From contig MU057632.1 in the NCBI GenBank assembly GCA_013265495.1, forward strand, positions 852,054 to 916,053: a DNA stretch of 64,000 bases, read 5' to 3'. Source of the DNA: Vicugna vicugna. Its lineage: Eukaryota. The number at the start of each line of letters is the position of its first letter. The stretch's first letter is position 1. Position numbers and translations under genes: made by a program. Under the pieces are notes generated by a model. It saw only the letters and a list, made by a program, of their open reading frames with translations, ran no database searches and was not told where the DNA came from. This document shows positions 52,650-64,000 of the stretch, piece after piece.

Positions 52650-53168
52650 CCCTTTTGGAGACTGCACCATGCGGGGATATACCCTGTTTAAGTACCCCCA
52701 AACTAATTTCCACTAAACCAGGTCCATGTAATATCTTATCTTAACAATTTATGATGCAACCAAAACCAAACTAGAACGAAAGATTATTGTGGGGTTACAT
52801 GGCTCCTGAGACTCCATGTCATACATCAGATATATGAAGAACATTTGAAAATTTTATTCTGACTTTTTGCTCTAACAGCATTTTAAATTCCATCCTTTTG
52901 ATTTAATGAATCCGTAAGAAATACAGTAGGCCATTTTATAAAACCCACAGGAATACGTTACCCAGAGAAACAAAACTTACAACACTCCCTGCTATCCATA
53001 TAGTGTTGCAATTTATGTGAAATATATATGGAGAGAGAGAATTTCATGGAAAAAAACATGAATTTTGCAGAAAAATCGTATTCAGGTGAAAGAAATACTT
53101 TACATTTGCCTTCACATGAAATGTTTACAGACCCAGACACACAGAGCAGAAGAAATGTGCCCTAGATT

Positions 53169-53217
53169 TACTTTGGATGATATCATGGGGGTGATACTTT
53201 GGATGATATCATGGGGG
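53169..53217. repeat. Perfect 23-bp direct repeat, 26-bp period
   Basis: TACTTTGGATGATATCATGGGGG at 53169-53191 and 53195-53217. Confidence 0.9.
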
Positions 53218-53625
53218 AGATTCATGCCAGTGAGGTATAAGATACTTACATTAGCACAAATGTTTTGCTTATAAACATCCATCTGAGGTTTTTAGTATTT
53301 TATTGTTTACAGATAAGTTTTAAAACTGACCTTCTTTCAATACAGTACTTTAAAAAAAAAAGTTGTTACAACTACCACTTTGAAAAACATGAAAAAAAAC
53401 CCCAGGAGATATTCGACTTCATTCTAGATGCTGCATTTTTTGAATACATTTACTTATTTTCCTTACTTCCTCTGTTCAGTAAAAGCTCTCACTCCAGTAG
53501 AAACTGGGGAGAAATTTTTCAAGGTGATATTTCAACTTTGTTGAGGATGGTAGATGAGATAGTAAGAAAATAGTTGATGACAGAGTGGATGAAAATTAGT
53601 GAGCTCTCTTTAGAACTTGTTGTCA

Positions 53626-53672
53626 TGTGTGTGTGTGTGTGTGGGTGTGTGTGTGTGTGTGAGTGAGTGTGT
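53626..53672. repeat. (GT)n microsatellite, interrupted
   Basis: Directly visible. Confidence 0.93.
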
Positions 53673-55059
53673 TTCTTCTAGTCTTTTATTATTGTTGTTG
53701 CTATTTCATAGGTTTATTTTTTTCCTTTTGGAAGTTTATTAAATACATCGTGTGGATTTATGAAAGATGAAATATGACATAGATGGTTTCTTTTTTAAAG
53801 AGTAAAGCACCACGAGCCCCACTGCCCCACTATTAACATTTAGCTTAGTTTTTTAAGACAAATTTAAAGTAAGTTCCACTGTAACTTGCATTCTATTGAT
53901 TCATTTACTACTACAGCATAAATATTTCCATGTGATTCTAAATATTTCTAAACCATTTTCATATGACTAAATATTTTGTAGAGACTGTATATCATTTCCC
54001 CAATGCTTAAACCACTTACATTCTTTCACATTAATACAGAACTTTGAGGTAAAAAACTGTGTTGATCAAACTGTTTTCATATTTAAGGTCATTTATTTTT
54101 TAGAATGTATTGGGAAAAAATCAAATTACTGATCCAATTTTAGAGCACATGTAAGGCTTTTCTACCATAACGACTAAGCAAGAATTAGAATTATTCGTGT
54201 ATTTTACAAAATTGCCTCCCGAATGTGTTTTGCCAAATTGTCACCCAAACTTGGCAGTATCAGTTCTGGATTTTAAAATCTGACGATCTAATAATGCCCC
54301 CAAGCCCCGCTCTCCTGCTGTCACCAGTGTTTCAGATTTAAGATAACATAGTGAGATCCCATCTATATAGCAGCCACAAAACGTATAGCAAAGCCGCAAA
54401 GCCCGCAACCAAAAGAGAACCTCAAGGAAGGGAGATGCCAACAGATTTTTAGAAATCACTAAATGTGTGGCAAACGGTGGTAAGTGGAGCGGAATGGAGG
54501 GGGCTGTAGATCACAGTGCAGTGGCGAAGGCTTGAAGCCAGAAGGGAGCCAATCTCAGCAGAACCCATGAGATGCTCTGTATTAGAAATGGCAGAAAGTA
54601 CGATGTCAGGACGGAAGTGAGAAGTAGACTGAAAAACAGGAGCCTATTTGAAGGTCTTCATATAGAAAAAGAGTTTATTCTCCACTCACAGAAGGACCAC
54701 TTTCCCACAAACCAGACACAGAGGGATGTGTTGACCTGCCAAGTGCCCCCTCATTCTGGCAGGTAGATGGTCTACACCCTGATGAGTGGTGTGCTCCAGT
54801 TGTCCACTCAGAACATCCTCCACATACGCACACACACAGAGAAACATACTGACAAATCCCAAATCCCTTTTCTAATGCCTACCCTCTGTCCTTGTGCTTT
54901 GTGAATTCACAAGTAAGTTCGAATGTATCATTTCTAGAGACAGAAAGTTTCTAAAGTCACAAAATATTCTACTCTGGGTGAAATGATATCTATTATAGAT
55001 GTTACCTGGGTAACAGAAAACTGGCATTATGGAAATTCACAGGTAATATTAAAGTATTT

Positions 55060-55705
55060 GTTATTTCATTGGTTTATGACATTCTATAAGTTTTATGTGT
55101 AAAACATTATATTTTTGCCTTCTGTGTACATGACTGCATGCTCACCACCAAAAGTTTAATTTCCATCTATCACAATAAAGTTGACTCCTTTTACTCATTT
55201 CAGCCTCCTTTTCCCTCTGGTAAGCAATACTCTGTTCTCTGTACCTTTGTCTTTGTTTTTTGTTTGGTTTGTTCATTTGTTTTGTTTGCTTTCTCTTTTT
55301 TTTTCATATTGCACATATGCGTGAAATACTATGGAATTTGTCTTTCTCCATCTGACTTATTTCTCTTAGCATAGTTCCCTCAAGGTCAATCCATATAGTC
55401 ACAAATGGCAAAATTTCATATTTTTAATGGCTGAGTAAAAATCCACTGGTATGTATAAAACACATCTCCTTTACTTATTCATCCATTGACTGGCACTTAG
55501 ATTGCTTCCATATCTTGACTATTGCAAATAATGCTGTGATGAACACAGTGGTGCATATATCTTTTCAAATTAGAGTTTTTGTAATCTTTTAATACCCAGA
55601 AGTGGAATAGCTGGATCATGTTAGTTCCTTTCTATTTTGGGGGGAGAATCTCCATACTGTTTCCCATAGTGATTGCACCAATTTACATTCCCACCAATAG
55701 TGTAC
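55060..55705 (-). mobile_element. L1MA-type 3' end
   Basis: CTCACCACCAAAAGTTTA...TGACTTATTTC...TTGCACCAATTTACATTCCCACCAA. Confidence 0.82.
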
Positions 55706-55774
55706 ATCAGGCTTTGAAGAGAAAGAATAATCTCTAATATGGGTAATTTATTTAGAAGGAATCCATACATATTT

Positions 55775-57774
55775 TAAAAACTGGGGTATAATTGCTGTAT
55801 AACATTATAATAGTTTCATGTATACAATATATTGATTTCATATTTGTGTATATTGTGAAATGATCACCACAATAAAGCTAGCTAACATCCATCACCATTC
55901 AGAGTCACAATTTTTTTTCTTGTCATGAGAACGTTTAAGATCTACCCTCTTAACAACTTTCAAATATACAACATACTATTATTAACTATAGTCACCATGC
56001 TGTACATTATATCCCCAGGACTTATTGATTTTATAACTAGAAATTTGTACCTTTTGACCCTCTTCACCCTTTTAGCTCACCTCTCACCCACCTCCTCCAG
56101 CCTTTTCTGGCAACCACCAATCTGTTCTTTGTACCTATGAACTCATTTTTCATTTGTTTGTTTTTTAGATTCCACATATAAGTGATATTATACAGTATTC
56201 ATATTTCCTTGTCTAAATTATTTCACTTAACATAATTTCCTCAAAGTCCATCCATGTTCTTGCAAATGGCCATATTTCCTTGTTTTTATGACTGGATAAT
56301 ATCTGTCATATATATATATGTATATATACATCCCATTTCTTTATCCATTCATCCATCCAGGGACACTTAGGTTGCTTCCATGTCTTGGCTATTGTAAATA
56401 GTGCTGCTATGAATAGTGCATGTATCTTTTCAAATTAGTGTTTTTGGTTTTTTCAGATAAATACCCAGAAGTGGAATGCTGGATTATATGGTAGTTCTAT
56501 TTTTAATTTTTTGAAGCATCTACATACTGCTTTTTATAGAAGCTGCACCAATTTACATTTCCACCAACAGGGAATTCCCTTTTCTTCACATCTCAGCAAC
56601 ATTTGTTTCTTGTCTTTCTGATGATAGACATTCTAGTGGGCATGAGGTGATATGCCATTGTGGTTTTGATTTGCATTTCCCTAAGTTAGAGATGCTGAAC
56701 ATCTGTATTAAACCATCTGTATGTCTTCTTTGGAAAAATATCTATTCTGCCCATTTTTTCCAGAGTCTCCCTCTCTCTCTCTTTTGTTAAAGTATAATCA
56801 ATTTACAATGTTGTGTTAATTTCTGGTGTACAGCGTAGTGATATCTATATCTATATCTATATCTATATACCCTTATTGGATGTCTATTTTTTATCATTTT
56901 TTTTGTTGTTGAGTTGTATGAGTGTTTTATACATTTTGAATAGTAACTCCTGATCACAGATACTATTTGCAAATATCTTCTCCCATTCAGTAGGCTGTCT
57001 TTTCATTTTGTTGCTGGTTTCCTTTGCTGTGCAGAAGATTTCAGTTTGATATAGTCCCCCCCTTTTTTTTTTTATTTTTGCTCTCGTCTCCCTTGCTTGA
57101 AGAGAAAGAGCCAGAAAAATATTGCTAAGACCAATGTTAAAGAGCATCCTGCCTGCTTTCTTCTTGGAGTTTTATGGTTTCAGGTCTTACATTCAAGTGT
57201 TTAATCCATTTTGAGTTGATTTTTGTGTATGGTGGGAGGTAGTGGTCTAGTTTAACTCTTTTACACGTGGCTATCCAGATGTTCCAAAGCCATTAATTGA
57301 AGACACTATTCTTTCTCCATTTTATGTTCTTTGCCCCTTGGTTGTAAATTAATTGCCCATATATGTATGGGTTTATTTCTGGACTCTCAATACTGTTCCA
57401 TTGATCTATGTGTCTGTCTTTCAATACCATACTGTTTTGAATACTATAGCTTTATAGTATAATTTGAAATGAGGGGTTGTGATAGCGTTGTTCTTTTTTT
57501 CAGCTTTGTTTTGGTCCAGGTCTTTTGTGGTTCCATATAAATTTTAAGATTGTTTGTTCTAGTCCTGTGAAAAAATGTCATTGGGATTTTGATAGGAATT
57601 ACACTAAATCTGTATATTGCTTTAGGTAATATGGACCATTTTCTCCTCTTCAGTTTTTGGGAAGACATTGAGAACAGGTATTAACTTTTGAATGCTCAGT
57701 AGAATTCACCAGTGAAGTTGTTCAGTCCTGGACTATTGGGAGGTTTTTTATTACTATTTCAGTCTCATTACCAG

Positions 57775-57807
<33 letters not shown>

Positions 57808-59370
57808 ACAGTTCAGATTTTTTTATTTCTTCATGATACAGTCTTGGAAGGTTGTATGATTCTAAGAATTTATCCATTTCTTTTAGATTGTCCAATTTTT
57901 TCACATATACCTGTTTATAACGTTCTCTTATAATCTTTTGTATTCCTGTGGAATTTGTTATTTCTCCTCTATTATTTCTGATTTTATTTGTCAGAGCCTT
58001 CTTTATTTGCTCTTAGGGAGTCTGGCTAAAATTCTGTAGATTTTGTTTATCTTTTCAAGGAAATGGCGTTTAATTTTATCGATTTTTCATTGTCTTTTTA
58101 GTCTCTATTTCATTTATTTTCACTCTGATCTTTATTATTTCCTTTCTTCTACTGACTCTGGGCTTTATTTGTTCTTGTTTTCCTAGTTGCTTTAGGTGTA
58201 ATGTTAGATTGTTTATTTCGGGTTTTTCTAGTCTTTTGAGGTTGGCCTGTATCACTATAAATTTCCCTCTTAGAACTGCTTTTGCTGTGTGTTACAGATT
58301 TTGCTATGTTGTATTTTCATTTTCATTTGACTTCATGTATTTTTTAAAATTTCTCCTTTGATTTCTTTGTTGACCCAATAGTTGTTCAGGAGCATGTTGT
58401 TTAGTCTGCATATATCTGAGATTGTTCCAGCTTTCTTCTTGTAGTTGATCTCTAGTTGCATACCTTTGCAATTAGAAAAGATGCTTGATATAATTTCAAT
58501 CTTCTTAAATTTATTGAGACTTGTTTTGTGTCCCAAAATATGGTCTGTCCCTAAGAATGTTCCATTTCTGCTTGAGAGCAATGTGTATTCTGGTGCATTT
58601 GCATGGAATGTTCTGTATACATCTATCAAATCAATCCTGTCTAATGTTTCACTTTAGGTCTCTGTCTCCTTACTGACTTTCTGTCTGATCCATCCATTGA
58701 TGTATTGGTGCTCCTTTGTTAGATGCATATATATTAATCACTGTTATGTCTTCTTGATGAATTGTCTCCTTTATCATTATATAATGTCCATCTGGGAAGT
58801 TTTCAGATACCATTTCCTTAAATAAACTTTCTGCTCCCTTCTTTCTTTCTTCTCCTTCTGGGATACCCATCATTCTAATGTTGCACATCCTAAAAGAGTA
58901 GGAGAGTTCTCATAGAATTTCTTCCTTTTGTCTTTGTTTTTTGTTTTTGTTTTTGTTTTGAGGGGGGCAAATTAGGTTTATCTATTTTATTATTTTTTTT
59001 TATTGGAGGTACTGGAGATTGAACCCAGGACCTCATCCATGCTAAGCATGTGCTCTACCACTAAGCTATACCCTCCCCTTCTTCTTTTATTTTATATCTT
59101 AGCTTTCCCTCCTCTTCTACTTGTATCATTTCTAAATTTCTATCTTTGAGCTCACAAATTCCCTCTTCCGCATGGTCTGCTCTACTTCCAATGCTGTTGA
59201 TGTAGTCTTCATCTCAATTATTGAGGTCTTCAGCTCCAAAATTTCTGTTTGGTTCTGTTTTAGTTTCAATTTCTTCATAAAAGTATTCCTTCTGTTTATG
59301 AATTTTATTTCTGAGCTCACTGAACTGCTTGAGTTCTTGCTCTTCTCCATTTCTTACCCCAGTAGACTTC
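55775..59370 (-). mobile_element. Decayed, internally deleted L1 (3'UTR, ORF2 and ORF1 remnants) with nested insertions
   Basis: Remnant peptides ILPKAIYRFSVIPIKIPMTFF, KRQPTEWEKIFAN, DHILGHKTSLNKFKKIEIISSIFS, NIRMMGIPEGEE; a nested L1 tail at about 56785-56870. Confidence 0.92.
58929..59078 (-). mobile_element. Vic-1-like SINE nested in L1
   Basis: GGAGATTGAACCCAGGACCTC...TGCTAAGCATGTGCTCTACCACTAAGCTATACCCTCCCC. Confidence 0.88.
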
Positions 59371-59569
59371 ATTAGAAACATAAAATTATCTCCACACATT
59401 TTGATCAAAACTCCTTTAACAAAATATTTTTGAAACTTGCATAACAAATGATATTTAATAAATTATATTCATGCCTACTAGATTAATACCATATTTGTAT
59501 TATAAAATTTGCAAACATAAATTCAAATGAATGAGATAAAATATAAATAGAATTTTAATTTTATTTTGT

Positions 59570-61330
59570 ACCTGAGTAAAATTAGAAAACTGTAACAAAA
59601 ATCTGGAAATAGCCTAATTTTGGAAATTAGGAAACACATATCTAAATATGCCAAGGTCAAAGAAGAAATCACAAGAGAAATTAAAATGTGTTTTGATCTG
59701 AATGATTATAAAATAAAACTAACCAACATTTCTGAGATGCAGCTAAAGTACTTTTTGGAAAATTATAGCTCGAAACACTCTATTGCAAAAGAAACGATTA
59801 TAAAATCAATGATCTAAGTTTTTATCTTAAAAAGAACAAAATTAATAACATTAGTTAACAAAAATACTAAAATGCAGAATAAAGAAGAAAATAAAGATAA
59901 GAGTGGAAGTCATTTAAATATAAAATTAAAAACTCAATAACGCCTAGAGAAAAATCAATGAAATCAGAAACTAGTTCTTCAGAGGAATTAATAAAATTGA
60001 TTACCATCCCACTTGACTGATTAAGAAAAATAACAGAAAACAAAATTACCAAAAGAAGGTACAGTGCCATAGATTCTACATTCGTTAAAAAGATAAATAA
60101 GAGAGTATTACAAACAACTTTATGCCAATCAGTTAACATAGATTAAATAGAAGATTCCATAAAAAATTCAAATTATCAAAACTAACACAAGAAGAAATAT
60201 AAAACCTGAATAGCCCTATAACTAGTGAAGAAGTTGAATTCATAATTAAAAGACAATGTAAAATGAAATTGCCAGAACCACGTATCTTTACCAGAAAATT
60301 CTTTTAAACATATATAAAAACCAAATGATACAAATACAACTTTTTTTACTAAAAAACAGGAAGAGGGACCAGTTCCACTTCATTTTATCAGGTCAGCTTA
60401 GCCTTGAAACTAAATTACTGATAAAAGAAAACCCTGTTATAAGAAAATAAAGTTAAAACCCACCATCTCTCAAAAACACAGAAGCAAAAATCTTTAAGAA
60501 AAACTTTATCAAATCTACAGGAAACTACAATTAATAGTACATTTAATGTGAAAATTTAATTCTTTCTACCTAAGATCAGGAACAAAGCAAGGAATTCTGT
60601 TCTTAACTAGACATTTATCCACTGTAATTGAGATCATAGCAAATACAATAAGACAATAAAAAGAAATAAGACATAAATTTTGGAAAGGAAAGCGTAAACC
60701 TATCCTTATTTATAGAGGTCATAATATTATATACAGGAATTCCTGAAGAATCTATAAAACATTACTGAAACTAATAAGTGAATTTATCTTGTAGCAGTAC
60801 AAAAACCAATGTTGATACTTAAGGATGAATTTAACAATATGTGTAAAAGCATTAGAATGTATAAAACATTGCTGAGAAAAATTTATGAAGCCTACTATGG
60901 AATGGACTGGGTCTTCCTCCTGCAATTCAGGTGTTGAAGGCCTAACTCCATATGTGGCTGTATTTGGAGGTAGGGGTCTGTAAGAATGAGATTGTAAGGG
61001 TAGGACCCTGATCCAAAAAGACTAAGATTTGTGTCCTTATAAGAAGACAGAGCAGAGAGCTGTCATTCCACATCCTGCCCGCAGGAGCACAGAGGAAAGG
61101 CCATGTGGGGACATAGCAAGAAACTGGCCACTAGTAAGCTATGGAGAGAGCTCTCTGCTGACACTGTCCTGGGACTTCTCAGCCTCATAATAAATTTCTG
61201 TGTTTAAGCCACCCGGCCTATGGCATTTTGTTATGATTGTTCAAGTAGACTAATATATGGAAACTTACATCATATTTAATGATAGAAAAACTCAGTATTG
61301 TTAAGATGCTATTTCTCCCAAATAAGATGC
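59570..61330 (+). mobile_element. Old L1M ORF2 remnant, interrupted by MaLR
   Basis: A-rich; remnant KVKEEITREIK; ACAAGAAGAAATATAAAACCTGAATAG and AGATCAGGAACAAAGCAAGGA motifs. Confidence 0.8.
60894..61256 (+). mobile_element. MaLR LTR (MLT1-like) nested in L1
   Basis: CTATGGAATGGACTG...TGTATTTGGAGGTAGG...GTCCTTATAAGAAGA...TAAATTTCTGTGTTTAAGCCACCC. Confidence 0.78.
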
Positions 61331-61644
61331 ATGAGTGGGAGACCAGATATCAGGAAAGAAGTTTGGGTGTTTTTCCCTTTGGTAGTTTGGACCATGAACT
61401 CATCTTTCTGTAGTTCCCCTCTGGCAGCTCCCTCAGGCCCTAGTAGCAACATTTTTTCCCCTCTCTCCTCTAAACCTAGATGTGTCCATGGTTTCCCAGC
61501 TTCAGACTAGCCTAATCTCTGATTGAATGAAAGCAATCTACCTCTACCCTTACTTCCTGGAAGAAGCAAAGGTACTTGTTTTTAAAGTATTACAGCATCA
61601 TAAAACTTCAAATTATATGTATAATTTAAAAACTTTTTTACAGT

Positions 61645-61725
61645 TTTTTTGGAAGAGGGGGTAATTAGGTTTATTTATTTATTATTATTTTTAATGGAAG
61701 TGCTGGGGATTGAACCCAGGACCTG
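61645..61725 (-). mobile_element. 5'-truncated Vic-1-like SINE
   Basis: GTAATTAGGTTTATT...GCTGGGGATTGAACCCAGGACC. Confidence 0.78.
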
Positions 61726-61919
61726 TATCTATATTTTTTATGAATGTCTAAAGCAACCACACAAAAATTACTACATATACCAGGAGGCAGTACCACATGA
61801 AGAGAGAGACAAAAAGAGATGGAGACAGAGGGACAGAGACAAGCAGAGGGAGATGAAGAAGGAGACAGAAACACATAATGGAAACAGACACACAGGAGAT
61901 CCACACACTGGAGTTATAA

Positions 61920-64000
61920 GGTGAATATTCCAGTATGTTGTTTAACATTTTCAGTAAGGTAGATGACAAGATGAAGAATTTAAACAGAGAATCAGAAACT
62001 ATACAAGCATCAAATGAGCATTTTAGAACTGAAAAATAAGTGAACTTAAATAATTAGTAGCTTGGTCTACTTTTAAATTAGACAAAATTGAAAATAAGAT
62101 TAGTGAGTTCAGATTAAGATTAAAATACACAGCTGAAGTAGGGGAAGAAAAATTGTTGAATTATAAAATAGGGATGATTGTAGGCGATACAATGTGGTAA
62201 GAAGGTTTAGCGTAAGCGTAATTGAAGTCCTGGAAGGAGAGAATATAAAGTATGGAGCATAAGCAACACTTGAAGCCATGGTTTTCCAGAACCATCTGCC
62301 ACAGACTCAATGTTGGCATTCCCTCCATATTCGTGTGTTGGAGTCTGAAGCCCTAAACCCTGCCGTGATGGTAGCTGGAAGTGGGCACCTTGGTCTTGGG
62401 TTCCCCAGTCTCCAGAACTGTGAGAAATAAAGGTCTGCTGTGTAAGCCACCCAGTCGTGGTGTTTTGTTCTAACAGCCAGAACTGAGATACCAGTGAAAG
62501 ACATCAGGCCACAGGTTCAAGAATTTCTGCAAAACCTAAGCAGAGTAAACACAGAGAAGACGATGCCTAGGCAGATCATAAGACAAACAGAGGAAACCAA
62601 AGACAAATGTTTTAAAGCAGCCAGAGGATAAAAGAGTACTTTCAAGGGAGTAACCATAAGCCTGATAACTGCCCTCTGAACAGGAAGTCAGAAGACAGTA
62701 CAATTACATTTTGGTGATGAAGGAAAAGAAATGCCAAATGGATTCTATAGTTGTGGAAAATGTCCTTTGAAAAAAAAAGCCGTTCTAATTCTACAAAAAA
62801 CGAATGTGTTACCAGCTGAAGCATGATAAAGGAAACATAAGGGGAGTTTTTGGAAAGAGGATGATGCCAGATGGAAACTAGAACACAGGAAAGAACGGAG
62901 AGCAACAGCTGGAAAATCTAAATGAATATCGATGATAAGCAAAAGTCACTCAAAGTATCTTAGGTTAAATCACAGTAATAGCAAAAATGTCATAGGGGAT
63001 AAATTACATTAATGTGGTAGAAGATTCTTGTAGTTTTGAGAAATAGTAAATATATTAATATCCATCAAGCATTAATAACATAATAATAATATAACATTTT
63101 GTGGATAACAGATAAAAGAAAAGCAAAATAATGTATTACTAAAAGGTAATGGAGAATAGAATGCTAAATTAATTCAAAAGTAGGTAATAATGGGGCAAAT
63201 GGGAAATACAAAGTAAGATGGTAAATTTGAACACAAATACAGTGCCACAACACAGAATGCAAGCAAATTAAATGCTCTAATGAAAAGAAAAAAATCATCA
63301 GACTGGATTTTGTAAACAACCTAATCCAACTATTTGCTAATTGGAAGAGATACACCTTGACTAGAAGGCTGTAGAGGTTAAACAAAGAAAAAGGAAAAGT
63401 ACTATCATGCAAAAACTGACCAGAAGAAAGCTCGTGTAGTTATGCTAACTTCAGATGAAGTAGACATGTTGCAAGAAATCTTACTAAAGATAAAAAGGTG
63501 CAATTCATTATGATAAAAGGTTAATCCATCCAAAAGACACCAAACTCTAAATTTATATGTATTAATAATATAGTGTCAACGTATAAAGCAGAACTTGACA
63601 AATAAAGAAAAATGGGCAAATCACAAGTATAAGGAGAAATACAGACACATCTCAAAGTAACTGACAGAACACGCAGACTAAACATCAGTAAGGGGGGTAC
63701 AGAGCTGAACAGAATTTGACCTAACCAACACACACAAGTGGAGCTGTGCTCATTAACCGCAGAGTAACAAATCTGTAAAGGCATGGCTCTAAAAGTACTC
63801 TCTGTATGTATCTGATGCAATCCTCTCCCCAACACACACAAAAAATTCCACGAAAAAAGCTTTTCTGGAAGTGCATAAGGCAATTCTAAAATTATTGTAG
63901 GATGCTAAAGGTCAAGAAGAACCAAGACAATCATGAAGAAGAAAAAGAGACTTAGACTGCTTTTACTCCATTACTCCCAATACTGTCACAGACCACTTTT
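61920..64000 (+). mobile_element. Highly decayed old L1M (ORF1/early ORF2), with an MLT1 fragment at about 62315-62492
   Basis: A-rich; AATTGAAGTCCTGGAAGGAGA, CCTAGGCAGATCATA, TTATGATAAAAGGTTAATCCATC motifs. Confidence 0.7.

Larger units (their letters stand above)
1..64000 (-). other. RIMS1: Internal portion of the RIMS1 gene (regulating synaptic membrane exocytosis 1); both gene ends lie outside the window
   Basis: Four exons splice in frame to give VMWVCNLCRKQQEILTKSGAWFF...PPRER|KKTPG...ESVSEKG|DLDYYWLDPATWHSRETSPISS|HPVTWQPSKEGDRLIGRVILNKRTTMPKESGALLGLK, which I recognise as RIM1. Confidence 0.97.

Noticed and set aside
55775..64000. Active L1 or host gene in the ORF fragments
   Set aside because: Multiple stops, frameshifts, deletions and nested elements
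49796..64000. Upstream RIMS1 exons, including the 12-nt EDKV microexon and the RIM1beta first exon
   Set aside because: No matching sequence seen; they presumably lie beyond the right edge of the window

Overview
Mammalian genomic DNA, most likely camelid (camel/alpaca/llama), judged from several Vic-1-type tRNA-derived SINEs. The whole window lies inside RIMS1 (RIM1, presynaptic active-zone scaffold), transcribed on the minus strand. Four constitutive coding exons read with canonical, phase-consistent splice sites: 49455-49795 (end of zinc finger), 44949-45811 (large CpG-island exon containing a 71-N assembly gap), 733-800 and 28-138 (start of PDZ). The ~44 kb intron between 44949 and 800 holds two candidate internal first exons. 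One (21850-21949) is intact and in phase; the other (17922-17975) appears frameshifted by 1 nt relative to the human isoform as I recall it. The rest is intron with many L1 3' fragments, five solo LTRs, MaLR, MIR, DNA-transposon relics and microsatellites. I found no prokaryotic-type system (CRISPR, operon, rRNA). The most interesting signals are the frameshifted internal first exon, strong AT-to-GC substitution bias around the CpG-island exon, and inverted SINEs flanking an exon. Comparisons to human/rat RIM1 are from memory and need checking by alignment.
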